Shown in pieces: positions 42,601 through 58,080 of a stretch of 64,000 nucleotides of DNA. The translations under genes were made by a program, and so were the position numbers. This DNA comes from Auanema rhodensis. Lineage: Eukaryota; Animalia; Nematoda. How positions within the stretch are numbered: the stretch's first letter is position 1; every line of letters begins with the position of its first letter. The stretch is from positions 22,010,001 to 22,074,000 of the forward strand of contig OZ059897.1 in the NCBI GenBank assembly GCA_964057225.1, written 5' to 3'. The notes below the pieces were generated by a model. The model did not search any database. It was not told where the DNA came from and saw nothing but the letters and a program-made list of their open reading frames with translations.

Positions 42601-45600
42601 TAAAGAGATGCGGTTTTCAAAATTAGATTCCCCATGTCCATATTAGTCTAAAAACAAATTTTTATTGATATTGGTGCATGGTAACCATGACTTTGAAATT
42701 TACGTGAACTTTAATTTATGCTAATTAAATGTACACGTGATGTGCACTTGGTATGTAACTCGCTTCACGTGAAAGATAAAGAGATGCGGTTTTCAAAATT
42801 AGATTACCCATGTCCATATTAGTCTAAAAACAAATTTTTATTGATATTGGTTCATGGTAACCATGACTTTGAAATTCACGTGAACTTTAATTTATGCTAA
42901 TTAAATGTACACGTGATGTGCACTTGGTATGTAACTCGCTTCTCGTGAAAGATAAAGAGATGCGGTTTTCAAAATTAGATCCCCCATGTCCATATTAGTC
43001 TAAAAACAAATTTTTATTGATATTGGTGCATGGTAACCATGACTTTGAAATTTACGTGAACTTTAATTTATGCTAATTAAATGTACACGTGATGTGCACT
43101 TGGTATGTAACTCGCTTCACGTGAAAGATAAAGAGATGCGGTTTTCAAAATTAGATTACCCATGTCCATATTAGTCTAAAAACAAATTTTTATTGATATT
43201 GGTGCATGGTAACCATGACTTTGAAATTTACGTGAACTTTAATTTATGCTAATTAAATATACACGTGATGTGCACTTGGTATGTAACTCGCTTCACGTGA
43301 AAGATAAAGAGATGCGGTTTTCAAAATTAGATCCCCCATGTCCATATTAGTCTAAAAACAAATTTTTATTGATATTGGTGCATGGTAACCATGACTTTGA
43401 AATTTACGTGAACTTTAATTTATGCTAATTAAATGTACACGTGATGTGCACTTGGTATGTAACTCGCTTCACGTGAAAGATAAAGAGATGCGGTTTTCAA
43501 AATTAGATTCCCCATGTCCATATTAGTCTAAAAACAAATTTTTATTGATATTAGTTCATGGTAACCATGACTTTGAAATTTACGTGAACTTTAATTTATG
43601 CTAATTAAATGTACACGTGATGTGCACTTGGTATGTAACTCGCTTCACGTGAAAGATAAAGAGATGCGGTTTTCAAAATTAGATTCCCCATGTCCATATT
43701 AGTCTAAAAACAAATTTTTATTGATATTGGTGCATGGTAACCATGACTTTGAAATTTACGTGAACTTTAATTTATGCTAATTAAATGTACACGTGATGTG
43801 CACTTGGTATGTAACTCGCTTCACGTGAAAGATAAAGAGATGCGGTTTTCAAAATTAGATTCCCCATGTCCATATTAGTCTAAAAACAAATTTTTATTGA
43901 TATTGGTTCATGGTAACCATGACTTTGAAATTTACGTGAACTTTAATTTATGCTAATTAAATGTACACGTGATGTGCACTTGGTATGTAACTCGCTTCAC
44001 GTGAAAGATAAAGAGATGCGGTTTTCAAAATTAGATTCCCCATGTCCATATTAGTCTAAAAACAAATTTTTATTGATATTGGTTCATGGTAACCATGACT
44101 TTGAAATTTACGTGAACTTTAATTTACGCTAATTAAATGTACACGTGATGTGCACTTGGTATGTAACTCGCTTCACGTGAAAGATAAAGAGATGCGGTTT
44201 TCAAAATTAGATTCCCCATGTCCATATTAGTCTAAAAACAAATTTTTATTGATATTGGTGCATGGTAACCATGACTTTGAAATTTACGTGAACTTTAATT
44301 TATGCTAATTAAATGTACACGTGATGTGCACTTGGTATGTAACTCGCTTCACGTGAAAGATAAAGAGATGCGGTTTTCAAAATTAGATTACCCATGTCCA
44401 TATTAGTCTAAAAACAAATTTTTATTGATATTGGTGCATGGTAACCATGACTTTGAAATTAAAGTGAACTTTAATTTATGCTAATTAAATGTACACGTGA
44501 TGTGCACTTGGTATGTAACTCGCTTCACGTGAAAGATAAAGAGATGCGGTTTTCAAAATTAGATTCCCCATGTCCATATTAGTCTAAAAACAAATTTTTA
44601 TTGATATTGGTGCATGGTAACCATGACTTTGAAATTTACGTGAACTTTAATTTATGCTAATTAAATGTACACGTGATGTGCACTTGGTATGTAACTCGCT
44701 TCACGTGAAAGATAAAGAGATGCGGTTTTCAAAATTAGATTACCCATGTCCATATTAGTCTAAAAACAAATTTTTATTGATATTGGTTCATGGTAACCAT
44801 GACTTTGAAATTTACGTGAACTTTAATTTATGCTAATTAAATGTACACGTGATGTGCACTTGGTATGTAACTCGCTTCACGTGAAAGATAAAGAGATGCG
44901 GTTTTCAAAATTAGATCCCCCATGTCCATATTAGTCTAAAAACAAATTTTTATTGATATTGGTGCATGGTAACCATGACTTTGAAATTTACGTGAACTTT
45001 AATTTATGCTAATTAAATGTACACGTGATGTGCACTTGGTATGTAACTCGCTTCACGTGAAAGATAAAGAGATGCGGTTTTCAAAATTAGATTACCCATG
45101 TCCATATTAGTCTAAAAACAAATTTTTATTGATATTGGTGCATGGTAACCATGACTTTGAAATTTACGTGAACTTTAATTTATGCTAATTAAATGTACAC
45201 GTGATGTGCACTTGGTATGTAACTCGCTTCACGTGAAAGATAAAGAGATGCGGTTTTCAAAATTAGATCCCCCATGTCCATATTAGTCTAAAAACAAATT
45301 TTTATTGATATTGGTGCATGGTAACCATGACTTTGAAATTTACGTGAACTTTAATTTATGCTAATTAAATGTACACGTGATGTGCACTTGGTATGTAACT
45401 CGCTTCACGTGAAAGATAAAGAGATGCGGTTTTCAAAATTAGATTCCCCATGTCCATATTAGTCTAAAAACAAATTTTTATTGATATTGCTTCATGGTAA
45501 CCTTGACTTTGAAATTTACGTGAACTTTAATTTATGCTAATTAAATGTACACGTGATGTGCACTTGGTATGTAACTCGCTTCACGTGAAAGATAAAGAGA

Positions 45601-47344
45601 TGCGGTTTTCAAAATTAGATTCCCCATGTCCATATTAGTCTAAAAACAAGTTTTTATTGATATTGGTTCATGGTAACCATGACTTTGAAATTTACGTGAA
45701 CTTTAATTTATGCTAATTAAATGTACACGTGATGTGCACTTGGTATGTAACTCGCTTCACGTGAAAGATAAAGAGATGCGGTTTTCAAAATTAGATTCCC
45801 CATGTCCATATTAGTCTAAAAACAAATTTTTATTGATATTGCTTCCTGGTAACCATGACTTTGAAATTTACGTGAACTTTAATTTATGCTAATTAAATGT
45901 ACACGTGATGTGCACTTGGTATGTAACTCGCTTCACGTGAAAGATAAAGAGATGCGGTATTTAAAATTAGATTCCCCATGTCCATATTAGTCTAAAAACA
46001 AATTTTTATTGATATTGCTTCATGGTAACCATGACTTTGAAATTTACGTGAACTTTAATTTATGCTAATTAAATGTACACGTGATGTGCACTTGGTATGT
46101 AACTCGCTTCACGTGAAAGATAAAGAGATGCGGTTTTCAAAATTAGATTCCCCATGTCCATATTAGTCTAAAAACAAATTTTTATTGATATTGGTTCATG
46201 GTAACCATGACTTTGAAATTTACGTGAACTTTAATTTATGCTAATCAAATGTACACGTGATGTGCACTTGGTATGTAACTCGCTTCACGTGAAAGATAAA
46301 GAGATGCGGTTTTCAAAATTAGATTACCCATGTCCATATTAGTCTAAAAACAAATTTTTATTGATATTGGTGCATGGTAACCATGACTTTGAAATTTACG
46401 TGAACTTTAATTTATGCTAATTAAATGTACACGTGATGTGCACTTGGTATGTAACTCGCTTCACGTGAAAGATAAAGAGATGCGGTTTTCAAAATTAGAT
46501 TCCCCATGTCCATATTAGTCTAAAAACAAATTTTTATTGATATTGGTGCATGGTAACCATGACTTTGAAATTTACGTGAACTTTAATTTATGCTAATTAA
46601 ATGTACACGTGATGTGCACTTGGTATGTAACTCGCTTCACGTGAAAGATAAAGAGATGCGGTTTTCAAAATTAGATTACCCATGTCCATATTAGTCTAAA
46701 AACAAATTTTTATTGATATTGGTTCATGGTAACCATGACTTTGAAATTCACGTGAACTTTAATTTATGCTAATTAAATGTACACGTGATGTGCACTTGGT
46801 ATGTAACTCGCTTCTCGTGAAAGATAAAGAGATGCGGTTTTCAAAATTAGATCCCCCATGTCCATATTAGTCTAAAAACAAATTTTTATTGATATTGGTG
46901 CATGGTAACCATGACTTTGAAATTTACGTGAACTTTAATTTATGCTAATTAAATGTACACGTGATGTGCACTTGGTATGTAACTCGCTTCACGTGAAAGA
47001 TAAAGAGATGCGGTTTTCAAAATTAGATTACCCATGTCCATATTAGTCTAAAAACAAATTTTTATTGATATTGGTGCATGGTAACCATGACTTTGAAATT
47101 TACGTGAACTTTAATTTATGCTAATTAAATATACACGTGATGTGCACTTGGTATGTAACTCGCTTCACGTGAAAGATAAAGAGATGCGGTTTTCAAAATT
47201 AGATCCCCCATGTCCATATTAGTCTAAAAACAAATTTTTATTGATATTGGTGCATGGTAACCATGACTTTGAAATTTACGTGAACTTTAATTTATGCTAA
47301 TTAAATGTACACGTGATGTGCACTTGGTATGTAACTCGCTTCAC
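39601..47344 (+). repeat. Tandem duplication of a 22-monomer (3872-bp) higher-order unit
   Basis: Rare variants recur at exactly +3872: T109A+C111A (monomers at 40481/44353), A95T (41537/45409), A66G (41713/45585), A86C (41889/45761), T23A+C26T (42065/45937), T134C (42241/46113), T109C+A175T (42769/46641), G139A (43121/46993). Confidence 0.92.
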
Positions 47345-50300
47345 GTGAAAGATAAAGAGATGCGGTTTTCAAAATTAGATTCCCCATGTCCATATTAGTC
47401 TAAAAACAAATTTTTATTGATATTGCTTCATGGTAACCTTGACTTTGAAATTTACGTGAACTTTAATTTATGCTAATTAAATGTACACGTGATGTGCACT
47501 TGGTATGTAACTCGCTTCACGTGAAAGATAAAGAGATGCGGTTTTCAAAATTAGATTCCCCATGTCCATATTAGTCTAAAAACAAATTTTTATTGATATT
47601 GGTTCATGGTAACCATGACTTTGAAATTTACGTGAACTTTAATTTATGCTAATTAAATGTACACGTGATGTGCACTTGGTATGTAACTCGCTTCACGTGA
47701 AAGATAAAGAGATGCGGTTTTCAAAATTAGATTCCTCATGTCCATATTAGTCTAAAAACAAATTTTTATTGATATTGCTTCATGGTAACCATGACTTTGA
47801 AATTTACGTGAACTTTAATTTATGCTAATTAAATGTACACGTGATGTGCACTTGGTATGTAACTCGCTTCACGTGAAAGATAAAGAGATGCGGTTTTCAA
47901 AATTAGATTCCCCATGTCCATATTAGTCTAAAAACAAATTTTTATTGATATTGCTTCCTGGTAACCATGACTTTGAAATTTACGTGAACTTTAATTTATG
48001 CTAATTAAATGTACACGTGATGTGCACTTGGTATGTAACTCGCTTCACGTGAAAGATAAAGAGATGCGGTATTTAAAATTAGATTCCCCATGTCCATATT
48101 AGTCTAAAAACAAATTTTTATTGATATTGCTTCATGGTAACCATGACTTTGAAATTTACGTGAACTTTAATTTATGCTAATTAAATGTACACGTGATGTG
48201 CACTTGGTATGTAACTCGCTTCACGTGAAAGATAAAGAGATGCGGTTTTCAAAATTAGATTCCCCATGTCCATATTAGTCTAAAAACAAATTTTTATTGA
48301 TATTGCTTCATGGTAACCATGACTTTGAAATTTACGTGAACTTTAATTTATGCTAATTAAATGTACACGTGATGTGCACTTGGTATGTAACTCGCTTCAC
48401 GTGAAAGATAAAGAGATGCGGTTTTCAAAATTAGATTCCCCATGTCTATATTAGTCTAAAAACAAATTTTTATTGATATTGGTTCATGGTAACCATGACT
48501 TTGAAATTTACGTGAACTTTAATTTATGCTAATTAAATGTACACGTGATGTGCACTTGGTATGTAACTCGCTTCACGTGAAAGATAAAGAGATGCGGTTT
48601 TCAAAATTAGATTCCCCATGTCCATATTAGTCTAAAAACAAATTTTTATTGATATTGGTGCATGGTAACCATGACTTTGAAATTTACGTGAACTTTAATT
48701 TATGCTTATTAAATGTACACGTGATGTGCACTTGGTATGTAACTCGCTTCACGTGAAAGATAAAGAGATGCGGTTTTCAAAATTAGATTCCCCATGTCCA
48801 TATTAGTCTAAAAACAAATTTTTATTGATATTGGTGCATGGTAACCATGACTTTGAAATTTACGTGAACTTTAATTTATGCTAATTAAATGTACACGTGA
48901 TGTGCACTTGGTATGTAACTCGCTTCACGTGAAAGATAAAGAGATGCGGTTTTCAAAATTAGATTGCCCATGTCCATATTAGTCTAAAAACAAATTTTTA
49001 TTGATATTGGTTCATGGTAACCATGACTTTGAAATTTACGTGAACTTTAATTTATGCTAATTAAATGTACACGTGATGTGCACATGGTATGTAACTCGCT
49101 TCACGTGAAAGATAAAGAGATGCGGTTTTCGAAATTAGATTCCCCATGTCCATATTAGTCTAAAAACAAATTTTTATTGATATTGCTTCATGGTAACCAT
49201 GACTTTGAAATTTACGTGAACTTTAATTTATGCTAATTAAATGTACACGTGATGTGCACATGGTATGTAACTCGCTTCACGTGAAAGATAAAGAGATGCG
49301 GTTTTCAAAATTAGATTCCCCATGTCCATATTAGTCTAAAAACAAATTTTTATTGATATTGCTTCATGGTAACCATGACTTTGAAATTTACGTGAACTTT
49401 AATTTATGCTAATTAAATGTACACGTGATGTGCACTTGGTATGTAACTCGCTTCACGTGAAAGATAAAGAGATGCGGTTTTCAAAATTAGATTACCCATG
49501 TCCATATTAGTCTAAAAACAAATTTTTATTGATATTGGTGCATGGTAACCATGACTTTGAAATTTACGTGAACTTTAATTTATGCTAATTAAATATACAC
49601 GTGATGTGCACTTGGTATGTAACTCGCTTCACGTGAAAGATAAAGAGATGCGGTTTTCAAAATTAGATCCCCCATGTCCATATTAGTCTAAAAACAAATT
49701 TTTATTGATATTGGTGCATGGTAACCATGACTTTGAAATTTACGTGAACTTTAATTTATGCTAATTAAATGTACACGTGATGTGCACTTGGTATGTAACT
49801 CGCTTCACGTGAAAGATAAAGAGATGCGGTTTTCAAAATTAGATTCCCCATGTCCATATTAGTCTAAAAACAAATTTTTATTGATATTGCTTCATGGTAA
49901 CCTTGACTTTGAAATTTACGTGAACTTTAATTTATGCTAATTAAATGTACACGTGATGTGCACTTGGTATGTAACTCGCTTCACGTGAAAGATAAAGAGA
50001 TGCGGTTTTCAAAATTAGATTCCCCATGTCCATATTAGTCTAAAAACAAATTTTTATTGATATTGGTTCATGGTAACCATGACTTTGAAATTTACGTGAA
50101 CTTTAATTTATGCTAATTAAATGTACACGTGATGTGCACTTGGTATGTAACTCGCTTCACGTGAAAGATAAAGAGATGCGGTTTTCAAAATTAGATTCCT
50201 CATGTCCATATTAGTCTAAAAACAAATTTTTATTGATATTGCTTCATGGTAACCATGACTTTGAAATTTACGTGAACTTTAATTTATGCTAATTAAATGT

Positions 50301-51920
50301 ACACGTGATGTGCACTTGGTATGTAACTCGCTTCACGTGAAAGATAAAGAGATGCGGTTTTCAAAATTAGATTCCCCATGTCCATATTAGTCTAAAAACA
50401 AATTTTTATTGATATTGCTTCCTGGTAACCATGACTTTGAAATTTACGTGAACTTTAATTTATGCTAATTAAATGTACACGTGATGTGCACTTGGTATGT
50501 AACTCGCTTCACGTGAAAGATAAAGAGATGCGGTATTTAAAATTAGATTCCCCATGTCCATATTAGTCTAAAAACAAATTTTTATTGATATTGCTTCATG
50601 GTAACCATGACTTTGAAATTTACGTGAACTTTAATTTATGCTAATTAAATGTACACGTGATGTGCACTTGGTATGTAACTCGCTTCACGTGAAAGATAAA
50701 GAGATGCGGTTTTCAAAATTAGATTCCCCATGTCCATATTAGTCTAAAAACAAATTTTTATTGATATTGCTTCATGGTAACCATGACTTTGAAATTTACG
50801 TGAACTTTAATTTATGCTAATTAAATGTACACGTGATGTGCACTTGGTATGTAACTCGCTTCACGTGAAAGATAAAGAGATGCGGTTTTCAAAATTAGAT
50901 TCCCCATGTCCATATTAGTCTAAAAACAAATTTTTATTGATATTGGTTCATGGTAACCATGACTTTGAAATTTACGTGAACTTTAATTTATGCTAATTAA
51001 ATGTACACGTGATGTGCACTTGGTATGTAACTCGCTTCACGTGAAAGATAAAGAGATGCGGTTTTCAAAATTAGATTCCCCATGTCCATATTAGTCTAAA
51101 AACAAATTTTTATTGATATTGGTGCATGGTAACCATGACTTTGAAATTTACGTGAACTTTAATTTATGCTTATTAAATGTACACGTGATGTGCACTTGGT
51201 ATGTAACTCGCTTCACGTGAAAGATAAAGAGATGCGGTTTTCAAAATTAGATTCCCCATGTCCATATTAGTCTAAAAACAAATTTTTATTGATATTGGTG
51301 CATGGTAACCATGACTTTGAAATTTACGTGAACTTTAATTTATGCTAATTAAATGTACACGTGATGTGCACTTGGTATGTAACTCGCTTCACGTGAAAGA
51401 TAAAGAGATGCGGTTTTCAAAATTAGATTGCCCATGTCCATATTAGTCTAAAAACAAATTTTTATTGATATTGGTTCATGGTAACCATGACTTTGAAATT
51501 TACGTGAACTTTAATTTATGCTAATTAAATGTACACGTGATGTGCACATGGTATGTAACTCGCTTCACGTGAAAGATAAAGAGATGCGGTTTTCGAAATT
51601 AGATTCCCCATGTCCATATTAGTCTAAAAACAAATTTTTATTGATATTGCTTCATGGTAACCATGACTTTGAAATTTACGTGAACTTTAATTTATGCTAA
51701 TTAAATGTACACGTGATGTGCACATGGTATGTAACTCGCTTCACGTGAAAGATAAAGAGATGCGGTTTTCAAAATTAGATTCCCCATGTCCATATTAGTC
51801 TAAAAACAAATTTTTATTGATATTGCTTCATGGTAACCATGACTTTGAAATTTACGTGAACTTTAATTTATGCTAATTAAATGTACACGTGATGTGCACT
51901 TGGTATGTAACTCGCTTCAC
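46993..51920 (+). repeat. Tandem duplication of a 14-monomer (2464-bp) higher-order unit
   Basis: Variants recur at +2464: C38A+G139A (46993/49457), A95T (47345/49809), C40T (47697/50161), A86C (47873/50337), A131T (48577/51041), C38G+T156A (48929/51393), A27G+T156A (49105/51569). The only difference seen is C47T in the monomer at 48401. Confidence 0.92.
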
Positions 51921-54900
51921 GTGAAAGATAAAGAGATGCGGTTTTCAAAATTAGATTCCCCATGTCCATATTAGTCTAAAAACAAATTTTTATTGATATT
52001 GGTGCATGGTAACCATGACTTTGAAATTTACGTGAACTTTAATTTATGCTAATTAAATGTACACGTGATGTGCACTTGGTATGTAACTCGCTTCACGTGA
52101 AAGATAAAGAGATGCGGTTTTCAAAATTAGATTCCCCATGTCCATATTAGTCTAAAAACAAATTTTTATTGATATTGGTGCATGGTAACCATGACTTTGA
52201 AATTTACGTGAACTTTAATTTATGCTAATTAAATGTACACGTGATGTGCACTTGGTATGTAACTCGCTTCACGTGAAAGATAAAGAGATGCGGTATTTAA
52301 AATTAGATTCCCCATGTCCATATTAGTCTAAAAACAAATTTTTATTGATATTGGTTCATGGTAACCATGACTTTGAAATTTACGTGAACTTTAATTTATG
52401 CTAATTAAATGTACACGTGATGTGCACTTGGTATGTAACTCGCTTCACGTGAAAGATAAAGAGATGCGGTTTTCAAAATTAGATTCCCCATGTCCATATT
52501 AGTCTAAAAACAAATTTTTATTGATATTGGTGCATGGTAACCATGACTTTGAAATTTACGTGAACTTTAATTTATGCTTATTAAATGTACACGTGATGTG
52601 CACTTGGTATGTAACTCGCTTCACGTGAAAGATAAAGAGATGCGGTTTTCAAAATTAGATTCCCCATGTCCATATTAGTCTAAAAACAAATTTTTATTGA
52701 TATTGGTGCATGGTAACCATGACTTTGAAATTTACGTGAACTTTAATTTATGCTAATTAAATGTACACGTGATGTGCACTTGGTATGTAACTCGCTTCAC
52801 GTGAAAGATAAAGAGATGCGGTTTTCAAAATTAGATTCCCCATGTCCATATTAGTCTAAAAACAAATTTTTATTGATATTGCTTCATGGTAACCTTGACT
52901 TTGAAATTTACGTGAACTTTAATTTATGCTAATTAAATGTACACGTGATGTGCACTTGGTATGTAACTCGCTTCACGTGAAAGATAAAGAGATGCGGTTT
53001 TCAAAATTAGATTCCCCATGTCCATATTAGTCTAAAAACAAGTTTTTATTGATATTGGTTCATGGTAACCATGACTTTGAAATTTACGTGAACTTTAATT
53101 TATGCTAATTAAATGTACACGTGATGTGCACTTGGTATGTAACTCGCTTCACGTGAAAGATAAAGAGATGCGGTTTTCAAAATTAGATTCCCCATGTCCA
53201 TATTAGTCTAAAAACAAATTTTTATTGATATTGCTTCCTGGTAACCATGACTTTGAAATTTACGTGAACTTTAATTTATGCTAATTAAATGTACACGTGA
53301 TGTGCACTTGGTATGTAACTCGCTTCACGTGAAAGATAAAGAGATGCGGTATTTAAAATTAGATTCCCCATGTCCATATTAGTCTAAAAACAAATTTTTA
53401 TTGATATTGCTTCATGGTAACCATGACTTTGAAATTTACGTGAACTTTAATTTATGCTAATTAAATGTACACGTGATGTGCACTTGGTATGTAACTCGCT
53501 TCACGTGAAAGATAAAGAGATGCGGTTTTCAAAATTAGATTCCCCATGTCCATATTAGTCTAAAAACAAATTTTTATTGATATTGGTTCATGGTAACCAT
53601 GACTTTGAAATTTACGTGAACTTTAATTTATGCTAATCAAATGTACACGTGATGTGCACTTGGTATGTAACTCGCTTCACGTGAAAGATAAAGAGATGCG
53701 GTTTTCAAAATTAGATTACCCATGTCCATATTAGTCTAAAAACAAATTTTTATTGATATTGGTGCATGGTAACCATGACTTTGAAATTTACGTGAACTTT
53801 AATTTATGCTAATTAAATGTACACGTGATGTGCACTTGGTATGTAACTCGCTTCACGTGAAAGATAAAGAGATGCGGTTTTCAAAATTAGATTCCCCATG
53901 TCCATATTAGTCTAAAAACAAATTTTTATTGATATTGGTGCATGGTAACCATGACTTTGAAATTTACGTGAACTTTAATTTATGCTAATTAAATGTACAC
54001 GTGATGTGCACTTGGTATGTAACTCGCTTCACGTGAAAGATAAAGAGATGCGGTTTTCAAAATTAGATTACCCATGTCCATATTAGTCTAAAAACAAATT
54101 TTTATTGATATTGGTTCATGGTAACCATGACTTTGAAATTCACGTGAACTTTAATTTATGCTAATTAAATGTACACGTGATGTGCACTTGGTATGTAACT
54201 CGCTTCTCGTGAAAGATAAAGAGATGCGGTTTTCAAAATTAGATCCCCCATGTCCATATTAGTCTAAAAACAAATTTTTATTGATATTGGTGCATGGTAA
54301 CCATGACTTTGAAATTTACGTGAACTTTAATTTATGCTAATTAAATGTACACGTGATGTGCACTTGGTATGTAACTCGCTTCACGTGAAAGATAAAGAGA
54401 TGCGGTTTTCAAAATTAGATTACCCATGTCCATATTAGTCTAAAAACAAATTTTTATTGATATTGGTGCATGGTAACCATGACTTTGAAATTTACGTGAA
54501 CTTTAATTTATGCTAATTAAATATACACGTGATGTGCACTTGGTATGTAACTCGCTTCACGTGAAAGATAAAGAGATGCGGTTTTCAAAATTAGATCCCC
54601 CATGTCCATATTAGTCTAAAAACAAATTTTTATTGATATTGGTGCATGGTAACCATGACTTTGAAATTTACGTGAACTTTAATTTATGCTAATTAAATGT
54701 ACACGTGATGTGCACTTGGTATGTAACTCGCTTCACGTGAAAGATAAAGAGATGCGGTTTTCAAAATTAGATTCCCCATGTCCATATTAGTCTAAAAACA
54801 AATTTTTATTGATATTGCTTCATGGTAACCTTGACTTTGAAATTTACGTGAACTTTAATTTATGCTAATTAAATGTACACGTGATGTGCACTTGGTATGT

Positions 54901-56320
54901 AACTCGCTTCACGTGAAAGATAAAGAGATGCGGTTTTCAAAATTAGATTCCCCATGTCCATATTAGTCTAAAAACAAATTTTTATTGATATTGGTTCATG
55001 GTAACCATGACTTTGAAATTTACGTGAACTTTAATTTATGCTAATTAAATGTACACGTGATGTGCACTTGGTATGTAACTCGCTTCACGTGAAAGATAAA
55101 GAGATGCGGTTTTCAAAATTAGATTCCTCATGTCCATATTAGTCTAAAAACAAATTTTTATTGATATTGCTTCATGGTAACCATGACTTTGAAATTTACG
55201 TGAACTTTAATTTATGCTAATTAAATGTACACGTGATGTGCACTTGGTATGTAACTCGCTTCACGTGAAAGATAAAGAGATGCGGTTTTCAAAATTAGAT
55301 TCCCCATGTCCATATTAGTCTAAAAACAAATTTTTATTGATATTGCTTCCTGGTAACCATGACTTTGAAATTTACGTGAACTTTAATTTATGCTAATTAA
55401 ATGTACACGTGATGTGCACTTGGTATGTAACTCGCTTCACGTGAAAGATAAAGAGATGCGGTATTTAAAATTAGATTCCCCATGTCCATATTAGTCTAAA
55501 AACAAATTTTTATTGATATTGCTTCATGGTAACCATGACTTTGAAATTTACGTGAACTTTAATTTATGCTAATTAAATGTACACGTGATGTGCACTTGGT
55601 ATGTAACTCGCTTCACGTGAAAGATAAAGAGATGCGGTTTTCAAAATTAGATTCCCCATGTCCATATTAGTCTAAAAACAAATTTTTATTGATATTGCTT
55701 CATGGTAACCATGACTTTGAAATTTACGTGAACTTTAATTTATGCTAATTAAATGTACACGTGATGTGCACTTGGTATGTAACTCGCTTCACGTGAAAGA
55801 TAAAGAGATGCGGTTGTCAAAATTAGATTCCCCATGTCCATATTAGTCTAAAAACAAATTTTTATTGATATTGGTTCATGGTAACCATGACTTTGAAATT
55901 TACGTGAACTTTAATTTATGCTAATTAAATGTACACGTGATGTGCACTTGGTATGTAACTCGCTTCACGTGAAAGATAAAGAGATGCGGTTTTCAAAATT
56001 AGATTCCCCATGTCCATATTAGTCTAAAAACAAATTTTTATTGATATTGGTGCATGGTAACCATGACTTTGAAATTTACGTGAACTTTAATTTATGCTTA
56101 TTAAATGTACACGTGATGTGCACTTGGTATGTAACTCGCTTCACGTGAAAGATAAAGAGATGCGGTTTTCAAAATTAGATTCCCCATGTCCATATTAGTC
56201 TAAAAACAAATTTTTATTGATATTGGTGCATGGTAACCATGACTTTGAAATTTACGTGAACTTTAATTTATGCTAATTAAATGTACACGTGATGTGCACT
56301 TGGTATGTAACTCGCTTCAC

Positions 56321-58080
56321 GTGAAAGATAAAGAGATGCGGTTTTCAAAATTAGATTGCCCATGTCCATATTAGTCTAAAAACAAATTTTTATTGATATT
56401 GGTTCATGGTAACCATGACTTTGAAATTTACGTGAACTTTAATTTATGCTAATTAAATGTACACGTGATGTGCACATGGTATGTAACTCGCTTCACGTGA
56501 AAGATAAAGAGATGCGGTTTTCGAAATTAGATTCCCCATGTCCATATTAGTCTAAAAACAAATTTTTATTGATATTGCTTCATGGTAACCATGACTTTGA
56601 AATTTACGTGAACTTTAATTTATGCTAATTAAATGTACACGTGATGTGCACATGGTATGTAACTCGCTTCACGTGAAAGATAAAGAGATGCGGTTTTCAA
56701 AATTAGATTCCCCATGTCCATATTAGTCTAAAAACAAATTTTTATTGATATTGCTTCATGGTAACCATGACTTTGAAATTTACGTGAACTTTAATTTATG
56801 CTAATTAAATGTACACGTGATGTGCACTTGGTATGTAACTCGCTTCACGTGAAAGATAAAGAGATGCGGTTTTCAAAATTAGATTCCCCATGTCCATATT
56901 AGTCTAAAAACAAATTTTTATTGATATTGGTGCATGGTAACCATGACTTTGAAATTTACGTGAACTTTAATTTATGCTAATTAAATGTACACGTGATGTG
57001 CACTTGGTATGTAACTCGCTTCACGTGAAAGATAAAGAGATGCGGTTTTCAAAATTAGATTCCCCATGTCCATATTAGTCTAAAAACAAATTTTTATTGA
57101 TATTGGTGCATGGTAACCATGACTTTGAAATTTACGTGAACTTTAATTTATGCTAATTAAATGTACACGTGATGTGCACTTGGTATGTAACTCGCTTCAC
57201 GTGAAAGATAAAGAGATGCGGTTTTCAAAATTAGATTGCCCATGTCCATATTAGTCTAAAAACAAATTTTTATTGATATTGGTTCATGGTAACCATGACT
57301 TTGAAATTTACGTGAACTTTAATTTATGCTAATTAAATGTACACGTGATGTGCACATGGTATGTAACTCGCTTCACGTGAAAGATAAAGAGATGCGGTTT
57401 TCGAAATTAGATTCCCCATGTCCATATTAGTCTAAAAACAAATTTTTATTGATATTGCTTCATGGTAACCATGACTTTGAAATTTACGTGAACTTTAATT
57501 TATGCTAATTAAATGTACACGTGATGTGCACATGGTATGTAACTCGCTTCACGTGAAAGATAAAGAGATGCGGTTTTCAAAATTAGATTCCCCATGTCCA
57601 TATTAGTCTAAAAACAAATTTTTATTGATATTGCTTCATGGTAACCATGACTTTGAAATTTACGTGAACTTTAATTTATGCTAATTAAATGTACACGTGA
57701 TGTGCACTTGGTATGTAACTCGCTTCACGTGAAAGATAAAGAGATGCGGTTTTCAAAATTAGATTCCCCATGTCCATATTAGTCTAAAAACAAATTTTTA
57801 TTGATATTGGTGCATGGTAACCATGACTTTGAAATTTACGTGAACTTTAATTTATGCTAATTAAATGTACACGTGATGTGCACTTGGTATGTAACTCGCT
57901 TCACGTGAAAGATAAAGAGATGCGGTTTTCAAAATTAGATTCCCCATGTCCATATTAGTCTAAAAACAAATTTTTATTGATATTGGTGCATGGTAACCAT
58001 GACTTTGAAATTTACGTGAACTTTAATTTATGCTAATTAAATGTACACGTGATGTGCACTTGGTATGTAACTCGCTTCAC
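56321..58080 (+). repeat. Tandem duplication of a 5-monomer (880-bp) unit
   Basis: T(C38G,T156A), C(A27G,T156A), C, G, G at 56321-57200 is repeated at 57201-58080. Confidence 0.88.
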
